Under the pieces are notes generated by a model. The model saw only the letters and a program-made list of their open reading frames with translations. It was not told the DNA's origin and ran no database searches. Positions 36,151 through 50,004 of a stretch of DNA of 64,000 nt are shown piece after piece. The DNA is taken from the NCBI GenBank assembly GCA_025594325.1, contig JANHCV010000015.1, forward strand, positions 992,001-1,056,000, in the 5' to 3' direction. The position numbers and the translations under genes were made by a program. The stretch comes from Blastocladiella emersonii ATCC 22665 (Eukaryota > Fungi > Blastocladiomycota). Every line of letters begins with the position of its first letter. The stretch's first letter is position 1.

Positions 36151-38916
36151 GGCCCGCACGCCCACACGCACTCCCGCCAGGAGCATGTGGTGTGTGGGTC
36201 ATCATCCACCATTCAGTTTGTAGTCCCTAGCACCCCTTGGCCCCAGCACTGTCTCCTTCCTGCAGGAGGAGCCCTGCCGCCTCAGCCCTCCGCAGCCAGC
36301 CCTCTGCAGCCCAGTGAAGCAGTACGGCTGCTACGCTGTTTGCAAGGTACGGTGGCCAGGGCGACGCAGGTGCTGTGGTGTTGCTTGCCACTTGGCTGGC
36401 GACAGGGGCTGGCGCACCCATTGCAAGGCGTTCTGACGGACCCCGCGGCCATGAAAGCATGGGGGCAGCACTGGACACGAGTCTATCAATCAACGGCACT
36501 GGGAGGGCAGGCAGGCGCACCCGTTGGAGCGAGCCGACCTGGATGATAAATCATTGTTGAGTTGAGGACGCCTTGCATGCCTGCCGTTCATGCGAGCGTG
36601 TGTGACACCAGGGTGGCCGTTTGCGCCGTGTGCGCACGGCGTGGAGCGCCAGGCGCTGTGCGCTGTGCGCGCTGCACGGTGCGTGGTGTACATCCGTCAG
36701 CGGGTGAGTGGTTTCACGCGGATAGACAGAGGAGCTGCTCGGAACCCTCGTTGGCCCATCATCATGCAGGGCTTGGAGTGGACAGCAGAGCTGGCAGCCT
36801 GGAGGAGACCAGTCGTATATTGACAAACCGAACCCCTCTCAGACTACATACGAGATAGATAATATCTACTGGGTGGGCGCTGTCAGTCAGGCTGTCAGTG
36901 TGGCAGGCTGCCAGGCTGCCAGGCTGCCAGGGCTCATCATTCATTCCTTTGTTGGCTGGGACGGCAACCAGAGAGCGCGGGCCCACAAAGACTTGCGAGG
37001 CGGTGTGGGTGTTCGGATAGCAGGTAGGCAAGTTGGCAGGTTGGCAGGTTGGCAGGCTGGCAGGTTGGCCGTTTACTTAGTTGATTGGACCGTGTACTTT
37101 GACGACGGGCTCCATACTTAGGGGATCGAAGAGTTGGCTAGTGGAGTGTGCACAAAGCGGTAGATTTGAATATCTGGCGCTTTGGTTCCTTGCCCACCTG
37201 GACGTGAGGGTATACGAAGATTTGATTGAGTATAGTTATGTTTGAGTACCATGACAATTATCAGCGTGGCGGGATTGATACATCCCGCTTGTCGGAAATT
37301 TTGTTGGTTCAATACTGTGATTTATCGGCCCTTGCCCACCTGGACATGGGGCACTCGAAGATTTGAGTATGGTTTCGTTTGAGTGCCATGACAATTATCT
37401 GCGTGGCTGGTTTACGACATTTCTTTGGTCAGATATTGTGTTGCTGTGATACTGTGATTTATGGGTCCCTGGCTAGCTGGACAAGCGGGAAGTGAAAGAT
37501 TAGAATATGGTTTTGTTTGAGTATCAAGACCATTACCTGCGTGGTCGGTTATGTAGACTCCTATGGTCAGATATTTTGTTGGTTTGATACTGTGATTTAT
37601 GGGTCTCCAACCTGCTGGACATCTGGGAAGTCATAGATTTGAGTATGGTTTTGTTTGAGTACCATGACAATTATCTCCGCAGCTTGTTTACTATGTTTCC
37701 ATGGTCAGTTTTATTGTTGCTTTGAATTTACGATTTATGGGTCCTGAACAAGCTGGACATGTGAATAGTCAAAGACTTGACTATGGTTTTGTTTGAGTGC
37801 CATGACAATTACCTACGTGGCTTGTATACTCTATTTCCATGGTCAGATATTTGTTGGTTCGATATTACGATTTATGGGTCCTCAACCAGCTTGACATGCG
37901 GGAAAGCAAAGATTAGAATATGGTTTTGATTAAGTACCATGACAATCATCTGCGTGGCTGGTTTACTATATTTCCATGGTCAGATATTTTGTTGGTTCGA
38001 TACTGTGATGTATGGGTCCCTGGCCAGCTGGACACACGGTAAAGCAAAGACTTGAAGATGGTTTTGTTTGAGTACCATAACAATCATGTACGAGGTTGGT
38101 TTACTATCTTTCTGTTGTCAAATATTTAGTTGCCGTGATACTGTGATTTATGGGTCCCTGGCTAGCAGGACAAGCGGGTAGTCAAAGATTTGAATATGGT
38201 TTTGTTCGACTACCATGACAATTGTCTCCGTGGCTGGTTTGGTACGTCCCTATCATTGGTAAATTCATTGCGTGCATATTGTGATTCGTGGAGGGTCAAT
38301 GTTGCTGCTACCTTGCCCGCATGCGCGCTGCGTCCGCCGACCCACCTAGGCCAGACAGGAAGGAAAGGGGACCCCAAGAGCCCCACGACACCACTGTAGC
38401 TCCACTACCACCACAGCACCCACCAACACCACCTACAAACAAACACGACCCGCCAAGGCGCACGCAGCGACACCCGCAGCCATGCATGCCATGGCGTTGG
38501 TGGATGGTGGCCAACCAATCCTCATCACACACGACACGTATGAAGGTCTGCCTGCATCCACCCATCCATTCATTCAACACACGCTCCCTCACGCACCCTT
38601 TCACTTGTGTTGCTTGACAGCCAGCTAGCCAGGTCCGGCTGCTGCTACCTATCCATTCTGCCTGCCTCCCACGCCCGCCGCGTCCTGAGCCAGGCAGGGC
38701 TGTGCTGCGATACACGGCCGCGGCCAGTCCACGGTAATGGTACCCATGCAGTACGTTCCATGGCCGCCCGGCCACCCTAGCTTGGTGCTTGTGTGTCCCC
38801 TTGGTCACCTTGGTCACCTTGGTCACCTTGGTCACCTTGGTCACTTGGTCACTTGGTCTCTTGGTCTCTTGGCGCTTGTGATGGAGGTCTATCTAACCCA
38901 GGCACGCACGGACACA
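36151..38916. repeat. Unit 14, short (S*)
   Basis: A at 37502. Confidence 0.95.
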
Positions 38917-41706
38917 GGCCCGCACGCCCACACGCACTCCCGCCAGGAGCATGTGGTGTGTGGGTCATCATCCACCATTCAGTTTGTAGTCCCTAGCACC
39001 CCTTGGCCCCAGCACTGTCTCCTTCCTGCAGGAGGAGCCCTGCCGCCTCAGCCCTCCGCAGCCAGCCCTCTGCAGCCCAGTGAAGCAGTACGGCTGCTAC
39101 GCTGTTTGCAAGGTACGGTGGCCAGGGCGACGCAGGTGCTGTGGTGTTGCTTGCCACTTGGCTGGCGACAGGGGCTGGCGCACCCATTGCAAGGCGTTCT
39201 GACGGACCCCGCGGCCATGAAAGCATGGGGGCAGCACTGGACACGAGTCTATCAATCAACGGCACTGGGAGGGCAGGCAGGCGCACCCGTTGGAGCGAGC
39301 CGACCTGGATGATAAATCATTGTTGAGTTGAGGACGCCTTGCATGCCTGCCGTTCATGCGAGCGTGTGTGACACCAGGGTGGCCGTTTGCGCCGTGTGCG
39401 CACGGCGTGGAGCGCCAGGCGCTGTGCGCTGTGCGCGCTGCACGGTGCGTGGTGTACATCCGTCAGCGGGTGAGTGGTTTCACGCGGATAGACAGAGGAG
39501 CTGCTCGGAACCCTCGTTGGCCCATCATCATGCAGGGCTTGGAGTGGACAGCAGAGCTGGCAGCCTGGAGGAGACCAGTCGTATATTGACAAACCGAACC
39601 CCTCTCAGACTACATACGAGATAGATAATATCTACTGGGTGGGCGCTGTCAGTCAGGCTGTCAGTGTGGCAGGCTGCCAGGCTGCCAGGCTGCCAGGGCT
39701 CATCATTCATTCCTTTGTTGGCTGGGACGGCAACCAGAGAGCGCGGGCCCACAAAGACTTGCGAGGCGGTGTGGGTGTTCGGATAGCAGGTAGGCAAGTT
39801 GGCAGGTTGGCAGGTTGGCAGGTTGGCAGGTTGGCAGGTTGGCAGGCTGGCAGGTTGGCCGTTTACTTAGTTGATTGGACCGTGTACTTTGACGACGGGC
39901 TCCATACTTAGGGGATCGAAGAGTTGGCTAGTGGAGTGTGCACAAAGCGGTAGATTTGAATATCTGGCGCTTTGGTTCCTTGCCCACCTGGACGTGAGGG
40001 TATACGAAGATTTGATTGAGTATAGTTATGTTTGAGTACCATGACAATTATCAGCGTGGCGGGATTGATACATCCCGCTTGTCGGAAATTTTGTTGGTTC
40101 AATACTGTGATTTATCGGCCCTTGCCCACCTGGACATGGGGCACTCGAAGATTTGAGTATGGTTTCGTTTGAGTGCCATGACAATTATCTGCGTGGCTGG
40201 TTTACGACATTTCTTTGGTCAGATATTGTGTTGCTGTGATACTGTGATTTATGGGTCCCTGGCTAGCTGGACAAGCGGGAAGTGAAAGATTAGAATATGG
40301 TTTTGTTTGAGTATCAAGACCATTACCTGCGTGGTCGGTTATGTAGACTCCTATGGTCAGATATTTTGTTGGTTTGATACTGTGATTTATGGGTCTCCAA
40401 CCTGCTGGACATCTGGGAAGTCATAGATTTGAGTATGGTTTTGTTTGAGTACCATGACAATTATCTCCGCAGCTTGTTTACTATGTTTCCATGGTCAGTT
40501 TTATTGTTGCTTTGAATTTACGATTTATGGGTCCTGAACAAGCTGGACATGTGAATAGTCAAAGACTTGACTATGGTTTTGTTTGAGTGCCATGACAATT
40601 ACCTACGTGGCTTGTATACTCTATTTCCATGGTCAGATATTTGTTGGTTCGATATTACGATTTATGGGTCCTCAACCAGCTTGACATGCGGGAAAGCAAA
40701 GATTAGAATATGGTTTTGATTAAGTACCATGACAATCATCTGCGTGGCTGGTTTACTATATTTCCATGGTCAGATATTTTGTTGGTTCGATACTGTGATG
40801 TATGGGTCCCTGGCCAGCTGGACACACGGTAAAGCAAAGACTTGAAGATGGTTTTGTTTGAGTACCATAACAATCATGTACGAGGTTGGTTTACTATCTT
40901 TCTGTTGTCAAATATTTAGTTGCCGTGATACTGTGATTTATGGGTCCCTGGCTAGCAGGACAAGCGGGTAGTCAAAGATTTGAATATGGTTTTGTTCGAC
41001 TACCATGACAATTGTCTCCGTGGCTGGTTTGGTACGTCCCTATCATTGGTAAATTCATTGCGTGCATATTGTGATTCGTGGAGGGTCAATGTTGCTGCTA
41101 CCTTGCCCGCATGCGCGCTGCGTCCGCCGACCCACCTAGGCCAGACAGGAAGGAAAGGGGACCCCAAGAGCCCCACGACACCACTGTAGCTCCACTACCA
41201 CCACAGCACCCACCAACACCACCTACAAACAAACACGACCCGCCAAGGCGCACGCAGCGACACCCGCAGCCATGCATGCCATGGCGTTGGTGGATGGTGG
41301 CCAACCAATCCTCATCACACACGACACGTATGAAGGTCTGCCTGCATCCACCCATCCATTCATTCAACACACGCTCCCTCACGCACCCTTTCACTTGTGT
41401 TGCTTGACAGCCAGCTAGCCAGGTCCGGCTGCTGCTACCTATCCATTCTGCCTGCCTCCCACGCCCGCCGCGTCCTGAGCCAGGCAGGGCTGTGCTGCGA
41501 TACACGGCCGCGGCCAGTCCACGGTAATGGTACCCATGCAGTACGTTCCATGGCCGCCCGGCCACCCTAGCTTGGTGCTTGTGTGTCCCCTTGGTCACCT
41601 TGGTCACCTTGGTCACCTTGGTCACCTTGGTCACTTGGTCACTTGGTCTCTTGGTCTCTTGGCGCTTGTGATGGAGGTCTATCTAACCCAGGCACGCACG
41701 GACACA
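38917..41706. repeat. Unit 15, long with monomer-3 variant (L*)
   Basis: 9 octamers plus A at 40292. Confidence 0.95.
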
Positions 41707-44472
41707 GGCCCGCACGCCCACACGCACTCCCGCCAGGAGCATGTGGTGTGTGGGTCATCATCCACCATTCAGTTTGTAGTCCCTAGCACCCCTTGGCCCC
41801 AGCACTGTCTCCTTCCTGCAGGAGGAGCCCTGCCGCCTCAGCCCTCCGCAGCCAGCCCTCTGCAGCCCAGTGAAGCAGTACGGCTGCTACGCTGTTTGCA
41901 AGGTACGGTGGCCAGGGCGACGCAGGTGCTGTGGTGTTGCTTGCCACTTGGCTGGCGACAGGGGCTGGCGCACCCATTGCAAGGCGTTCTGACGGACCCC
42001 GCGGCCATGAAAGCATGGGGGCAGCACTGGACACGAGTCTATCAATCAACGGCACTGGGAGGGCAGGCAGGCGCACCCGTTGGAGCGAGCCGACCTGGAT
42101 GATAAATCATTGTTGAGTTGAGGACGCCTTGCATGCCTGCCGTTCATGCGAGCGTGTGTGACACCAGGGTGGCCGTTTGCGCCGTGTGCGCACGGCGTGG
42201 AGCGCCAGGCGCTGTGCGCTGTGCGCGCTGCACGGTGCGTGGTGTACATCCGTCAGCGGGTGAGTGGTTTCACGCGGATAGACAGAGGAGCTGCTCGGAA
42301 CCCTCGTTGGCCCATCATCATGCAGGGCTTGGAGTGGACAGCAGAGCTGGCAGCCTGGAGGAGACCAGTCGTATATTGACAAACCGAACCCCTCTCAGAC
42401 TACATACGAGATAGATAATATCTACTGGGTGGGCGCTGTCAGTCAGGCTGTCAGTGTGGCAGGCTGCCAGGCTGCCAGGCTGCCAGGGCTCATCATTCAT
42501 TCCTTTGTTGGCTGGGACGGCAACCAGAGAGCGCGGGCCCACAAAGACTTGCGAGGCGGTGTGGGTGTTCGGATAGCAGGTAGGCAAGTTGGCAGGTTGG
42601 CAGGTTGGCAGGCTGGCAGGTTGGCCGTTTACTTAGTTGATTGGACCGTGTACTTTGACGACGGGCTCCATACTTAGGGGATCGAAGAGTTGGCTAGTGG
42701 AGTGTGCACAAAGCGGTAGATTTGAATATCTGGCGCTTTGGTTCCTTGCCCACCTGGACGTGAGGGTATACGAAGATTTGATTGAGTATAGTTATGTTTG
42801 AGTACCATGACAATTATCAGCGTGGCGGGATTGATACATCCCGCTTGTCGGAAATTTTGTTGGTTCAATACTGTGATTTATCGGCCCTTGCCCACCTGGA
42901 CATGGGGCACTCGAAGATTTGAGTATGGTTTCGTTTGAGTGCCATGACAATTATCTGCGTGGCTGGTTTACGACATTTCTTTGGTCAGATATTGTGTTGC
43001 TGTGATACTGTGATTTATGGGTCCCTGGCTAGCTGGACAAGCGGGAAGTGAAAGATTTGAATATGGTTTTGTTTGAGTATCAAGACCATTACCTGCGTGG
43101 TCGGTTATGTAGACTCCTATGGTCAGATATTTTGTTGGTTTGATACTGTGATTTATGGGTCTCCAACCTGCTGGACATCTGGGAAGTCATAGATTTGAGT
43201 ATGGTTTTGTTTGAGTACCATGACAATTATCTCCGCAGCTTGTTTACTATGTTTCCATGGTCAGTTTTATTGTTGCTTTGAATTTACGATTTATGGGTCC
43301 TGAACAAGCTGGACATGTGAATAGTCAAAGACTTGACTATGGTTTTGTTTGAGTGCCATGACAATTACCTACGTGGCTTGTATACTCTATTTCCATGGTC
43401 AGATATTTGTTGGTTCGATATTACGATTTATGGGTCCTCAACCAGCTTGACATGCGGGAAAGCAAAGATTAGAATATGGTTTTGATTAAGTACCATGACA
43501 ATCATCTGCGTGGCTGGTTTACTATATTTCCATGGTCAGATATTTTGTTGGTTCGATACTGTGATGTATGGGTCCCTGGCCAGCTGGACACACGGTAAAG
43601 CAAAGACTTGAAGATGGTTTTGTTTGAGTACCATAACAATCATGTACGAGGTTGGTTTACTATCTTTCTGTTGTCAAATATTTAGTTGCCGTGATACTGT
43701 GATTTATGGGTCCCTGGCTAGCAGGACAAGCGGGTAGTCAAAGATTTGAATATGGTTTTGTTCGACTACCATGACAATTGTCTCCGTGGCTGGTTTGGTA
43801 CGTCCCTATCATTGGTAAATTCATTGCGTGCATATTGTGATTCGTGGAGGGTCAATGTTGCTGCTACCTTGCCCGCATGCGCGCTGCGTCCGCCGACCCA
43901 CCTAGGCCAGACAGGAAGGAAAGGGGACCCCAAGAGCCCCACGACACCACTGTAGCTCCACTACCACCACAGCACCCACCAACACCACCTACAAACAAAC
44001 ACGACCCGCCAAGGCGCACGCAGCGACACCCGCAGCCATGCATGCCATGGCGTTGGTGGATGGTGGCCAACCAATCCTCATCACACACGACACGTATGAA
44101 GGTCTGCCTGCATCCACCCATCCATTCATTCAACACACGCTCCCTCACGCACCCTTTCACTTGTGTTGCTTGACAGCCAGCTAGCCAGGTCCGGCTGCTG
44201 CTACCTATCCATTCTGCCTGCCTCCCACGCCCGCCGCGTCCTGAGCCAGGCAGGGCTGTGCTGCGATACACGGCCGCGGCCAGTCCACGGTAATGGTACC
44301 CATGCAGTACGTTCCATGGCCGCCCGGCCACCCTAGCTTGGTGCTTGTGTGTCCCCTTGGTCACCTTGGTCACCTTGGTCACCTTGGTCACCTTGGTCAC
44401 TTGGTCACTTGGTCTCTTGGTCTCTTGGCGCTTGTGATGGAGGTCTATCTAACCCAGGCACGCACGGACACA
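41707..44472. repeat. Unit 16, short (S)
   Basis: 2766-bp spacing. Confidence 0.95.
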
Positions 44473-47238
44473 GGCCCGCACGCCCACACGCACTCCCGCC
44501 AGGAGCATGTGGTGTGTGGGTCATCATCCACCATTCAGTTTGTAGTCCCTAGCACCCCTTGGCCCCAGCACTGTCTCCTTCCTGCAGGAGGAGCCCTGCC
44601 GCCTCAGCCCTCCGCAGCCAGCCCTCTGCAGCCCAGTGAAGCAGTACGGCTGCTACGCTGTTTGCAAGGTACGGTGGCCAGGGCGACGCAGGTGCTGTGG
44701 TGTTGCTTGCCACTTGGCTGGCGACAGGGGCTGGCGCACCCATTGCAAGGCGTTCTGACGGACCCCGCGGCCATGAAAGCATGGGGGCAGCACTGGACAC
44801 GAGTCTATCAATCAACGGCACTGGGAGGGCAGGCAGGCGCACCCGTTGGAGCGAGCCGACCTGGATGATAAATCATTGTTGAGTTGAGGACGCCTTGCAT
44901 GCCTGCCGTTCATGCGAGCGTGTGTGACACCAGGGTGGCCGTTTGCGCCGTGTGCGCACGGCGTGGAGCGCCAGGCGCTGTGCGCTGTGCGCGCTGCACG
45001 GTGCGTGGTGTACATCCGTCAGCGGGTGAGTGGTTTCACGCGGATAGACAGAGGAGCTGCTCGGAACCCTCGTTGGCCCATCATCATGCAGGGCTTGGAG
45101 TGGACAGCAGAGCTGGCAGCCTGGAGGAGACCAGTCGTATATTGACAAACCGAACCCCTCTCAGACTACATACGAGATAGATAATATCTACTGGGTGGGC
45201 GCTGTCAGTCAGGCTGTCAGTGTGGCAGGCTGCCAGGCTGCCAGGCTGCCAGGGCTCATCATTCATTCCTTTGTTGGCTGGGACGGCAACCAGAGAGCGC
45301 GGGCCCACAAAGACTTGCGAGGCGGTGTGGGTGTTCGGATAGCAGGTAGGCAAGTTGGCAGGTTGGCAGGTTGGCAGGCTGGCAGGTTGGCCGTTTACTT
45401 AGTTGATTGGACCGTGTACTTTGACGACGGGCTCCATACTTAGGGGATCGAAGAGTTGGCTAGTGGAGTGTGCACAAAGCGGTAGATTTGAATATCTGGC
45501 GCTTTGGTTCCTTGCCCACCTGGACGTGAGGGTATACGAAGATTTGATTGAGTATAGTTATGTTTGAGTACCATGACAATTATCAGCGTGGCGGGATTGA
45601 TACATCCCGCTTGTCGGAAATTTTGTTGGTTCAATACTGTGATTTATCGGCCCTTGCCCACCTGGACATGGGGCACTCGAAGATTTGAGTATGGTTTCGT
45701 TTGAGTGCCATGACAATTATCTGCGTGGCTGGTTTACGACATTTCTTTGGTCAGATATTGTGTTGCTGTGATACTGTGATTTATGGGTCCCTGGCTAGCT
45801 GGACAAGCGGGAAGTGAAAGATTTGAATATGGTTTTGTTTGAGTATCAAGACCATTACCTGCGTGGTCGGTTATGTAGACTCCTATGGTCAGATATTTTG
45901 TTGGTTTGATACTGTGATTTATGGGTCTCCAACCTGCTGGACATCTGGGAAGTCATAGATTTGAGTATGGTTTTGTTTGAGTACCATGACAATTATCTCC
46001 GCAGCTTGTTTACTATGTTTCCATGGTCAGTTTTATTGTTGCTTTGAATTTACGATTTATGGGTCCTGAACAAGCTGGACATGTGAATAGTCAAAGACTT
46101 GACTATGGTTTTGTTTGAGTGCCATGACAATTACCTACGTGGCTTGTATACTCTATTTCCATGGTCAGATATTTGTTGGTTCGATATTACGATTTATGGG
46201 TCCTCAACCAGCTTGACATGCGGGAAAGCAAAGATTAGAATATGGTTTTGATTAAGTACCATGACAATCATCTGCGTGGCTGGTTTACTATATTTCCATG
46301 GTCAGATATTTTGTTGGTTCGATACTGTGATGTATGGGTCCCTGGCCAGCTGGACACACGGTAAAGCAAAGACTTGAAGATGGTTTTGTTTGAGTACCAT
46401 AACAATCATGTACGAGGTTGGTTTACTATCTTTCTGTTGTCAAATATTTAGTTGCCGTGATACTGTGATTTATGGGTCCCTGGCTAGCAGGACAAGCGGG
46501 TAGTCAAAGATTTGAATGTGGTTTTGTTCGACTACCATGACAATTGTCTCCGTGGCTGGTTTGGTACGTCCCTATCATTGGTAAATTCATTGCGTGCATA
46601 TTGTGATTCGTGGAGGGTCAATGTTGCTGCTACCTTGCCCGCATGCGCGCTGCGTCCGCCGACCCACCTAGGCCAGACAGGAAGGAAAGGGGACCCCAAG
46701 AGCCCCACGACACCACTGTAGCTCCACTACCACCACAGCACCCACCAACACCACCTACAAACAAACACGACCCGCCAAGGCGCACGCAGCGACACCCGCA
46801 GCCATGCATGCCATGGCGTTGGTGGATGGTGGCCAACCAATCCTCATCACACACGACACGTATGAAGGTCTGCCTGCATCCACCCATCCATTCATTCAAC
46901 ACACGCTCCCTCACGCACCCTTTCACTTGTGTTGCTTGACAGCCAGCTAGCCAGGTCCGGCTGCTGCTACCTATCCATTCTGCCTGCCTCCCACGCCCGC
47001 CGCGTCCTGAGCCAGGCAGGGCTGTGCTGCGATACACGGCCGCGGCCAGTCCACGGTAATGGTACCCATGCAGTACGTTCCATGGCCGCCCGGCCACCCT
47101 AGCTTGGTGCTTGTGTGTCCCCTTGGTCACCTTGGTCACCTTGGTCACCTTGGTCACCTTGGTCACTTGGTCACTTGGTCTCTTGGTCTCTTGGCGCTTG
47201 TGATGGAGGTCTATCTAACCCAGGCACGCACGGACACA
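44473..47238. repeat. Unit 17, short, private A>G at 46518
   Basis: GATTTGAATGTG in monomer 8. Confidence 0.95.
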
Positions 47239-50004
47239 GGCCCGCACGCCCACACGCACTCCCGCCAGGAGCATGTGGTGTGTGGGTCATCATCCACCAT
47301 TCAGTTTGTAGTCCCTAGCACCCCTTGGCCCCAGCACTGTCTCCTTCCTGCAGGAGGAGCCCTGCCGCCTCAGCCCTCCGCAGCCAGCCCTCTGCAGCCC
47401 AGTGAAGCAGTACGGCTGCTACGCTGTTTGCAAGGTACGGTGGCCAGGGCGACGCAGGTGCTGTGGTGTTGCTTGCCACTTGGCTGGCGACAGGGGCTGG
47501 CGCACCCATTGCAAGGCGTTCTGACGGACCCCGCGGCCATGAAAGCATGGGGGCAGCACTGGACACGAGTCTATCAATCAACGGCACTGGGAGGGCAGGC
47601 AGGCGCACCCGTTGGAGCGAGCCGACCTGGATGATAAATCATTGTTGAGTTGAGGACGCCTTGCATGCCTGCCGTTCATGCGAGCGTGTGTGACACCAGG
47701 GTGGCCGTTTGCGCCGTGTGCGCACGGCGTGGAGCGCCAGGCGCTGTGCGCTGTGCGCGCTGCACGGTGCGTGGTGTACATCCGTCAGCGGGTGAGTGGT
47801 TTCACGCGGATAGACAGAGGAGCTGCTCGGAACCCTCGTTGGCCCATCATCATGCAGGGCTTGGAGTGGACAGCAGAGCTGGCAGCCTGGAGGAGACCAG
47901 TCGTATATTGACAAACCGAACCCCTCTCAGACTACATACGAGATAGATAATATCTACTGGGTGGGCGCTGTCAGTCAGGCTGTCAGTGTGGCAGGCTGCC
48001 AGGCTGCCAGGCTGCCAGGGCTCATCATTCATTCCTTTGTTGGCTGGGACGGCAACCAGAGAGCGCGGGCCCACAAAGACTTGCGAGGCGGTGTGGGTGT
48101 TCGGATAGCAGGTAGGCAAGTTGGCAGGTTGGCAGGTTGGCAGGCTGGCAGGTTGGCCGTTTACTTAGTTGATTGGACCGTGTACTTTGACGACGGGCTC
48201 CATACTTAGGGGATCGAAGAGTTGGCTAGTGGAGTGTGCACAAAGCGGTAGATTTGAATATCTGGCGCTTTGGTTCCTTGCCCACCTGGACGTGAGGGTA
48301 TACGAAGATTTGATTGAGTATAGTTATGTTTGAGTACCATGACAATTATCAGCGTGGCGGGATTGATACATCCCGCTTGTCGGAAATTTTGTTGGTTCAA
48401 TACTGTGATTTATCGGCCCTTGCCCACCTGGACATGGGGCACTCGAAGATTTGAGTATGGTTTCGTTTGAGTGCCATGACAATTATCTGCGTGGCTGGTT
48501 TACGACATTTCTTTGGTCAGATATTGTGTTGCTGTGATACTGTGATTTATGGGTCCCTGGCTAGCTGGACAAGCGGGAAGTGAAAGATTTGAATATGGTT
48601 TTGTTTGAGTATCAAGACCATTACCTGCGTGGTCGGTTATGTAGACTCCTATGGTCAGATATTTTGTTGGTTTGATACTGTGATTTATGGGTCTCCAACC
48701 TGCTGGACATCTGGGAAGTCATAGATTTGAGTATGGTTTTGTTTGAGTACCATGACAATTATCTCCGCAGCTTGTTTACTATGTTTCCATGGTCAGTTTT
48801 ATTGTTGCTTTGAATTTACGATTTATGGGTCCTGAACAAGCTGGACATGTGAATAGTCAAAGACTTGACTATGGTTTTGTTTGAGTGCCATGACAATTAC
48901 CTACGTGGCTTGTATACTCTATTTCCATGGTCAGATATTTGTTGGTTCGATATTACGATTTATGGGTCCTCAACCAGCTTGACATGCGGGAAAGCAAAGA
49001 TTAGAATATGGTTTTGATTAAGTACCATGACAATCATCTGCGTGGCTGGTTTACTATATTTCCATGGTCAGATATTTTGTTGGTTCGATACTGTGATGTA
49101 TGGGTCCCTGGCCAGCTGGACACACGGTAAAGCAAAGACTTGAAGATGGTTTTGTTTGAGTACCATAACAATCATGTACGAGGTTGGTTTACTATCTTTC
49201 TGTTGTCAAATATTTAGTTGCCGTGATACTGTGATTTATGGGTCCCTGGCTAGCAGGACAAGCGGGTAGTCAAAGATTTGAATATGGTTTTGTTCGACTA
49301 CCATGACAATTGTCTCCGTGGCTGGTTTGGTACGTCCCTATCATTGGTAAATTCATTGCGTGCATATTGTGATTCGTGGAGGGTCAATGTTGCTGCTACC
49401 TTGCCCGCATGCGCGCTGCGTCCGCCGACCCACCTAGGCCAGACAGGAAGGAAAGGGGACCCCAAGAGCCCCACGACACCACTGTAGCTCCACTACCACC
49501 ACAGCACCCACCAACACCACCTACAAACAAACACGACCCGCCAAGGCGCACGCAGCGACACCCGCAGCCATGCATGCCATGGCGTTGGTGGATGGTGGCC
49601 AACCAATCCTCATCACACACGACACGTATGAAGGTCTGCCTGCATCCACCCATCCATTCATTCAACACACGCTCCCTCACGCACCCTTTCACTTGTGTTG
49701 CTTGACAGCCAGCTAGCCAGGTCCGGCTGCTGCTACCTATCCATTCTGCCTGCCTCCCACGCCCGCCGCGTCCTGAGCCAGGCAGGGCTGTGCTGCGATA
49801 CACGGCCGCGGCCAGTCCACGGTAATGGTACCCATGCAGTACGTTCCATGGCCGCCCGGCCACCCTAGCTTGGTGCTTGTGTGTCCCCTTGGTCACCTTG
49901 GTCACCTTGGTCACCTTGGTCACCTTGGTCACTTGGTCACTTGGTCTCTTGGTCTCTTGGCGCTTGTGATGGAGGTCTATCTAACCCAGGCACGCACGGA
50001 CACA
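47239..50004. repeat. Unit 18, short (S)
   Basis: 2766-bp spacing. Confidence 0.95.
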
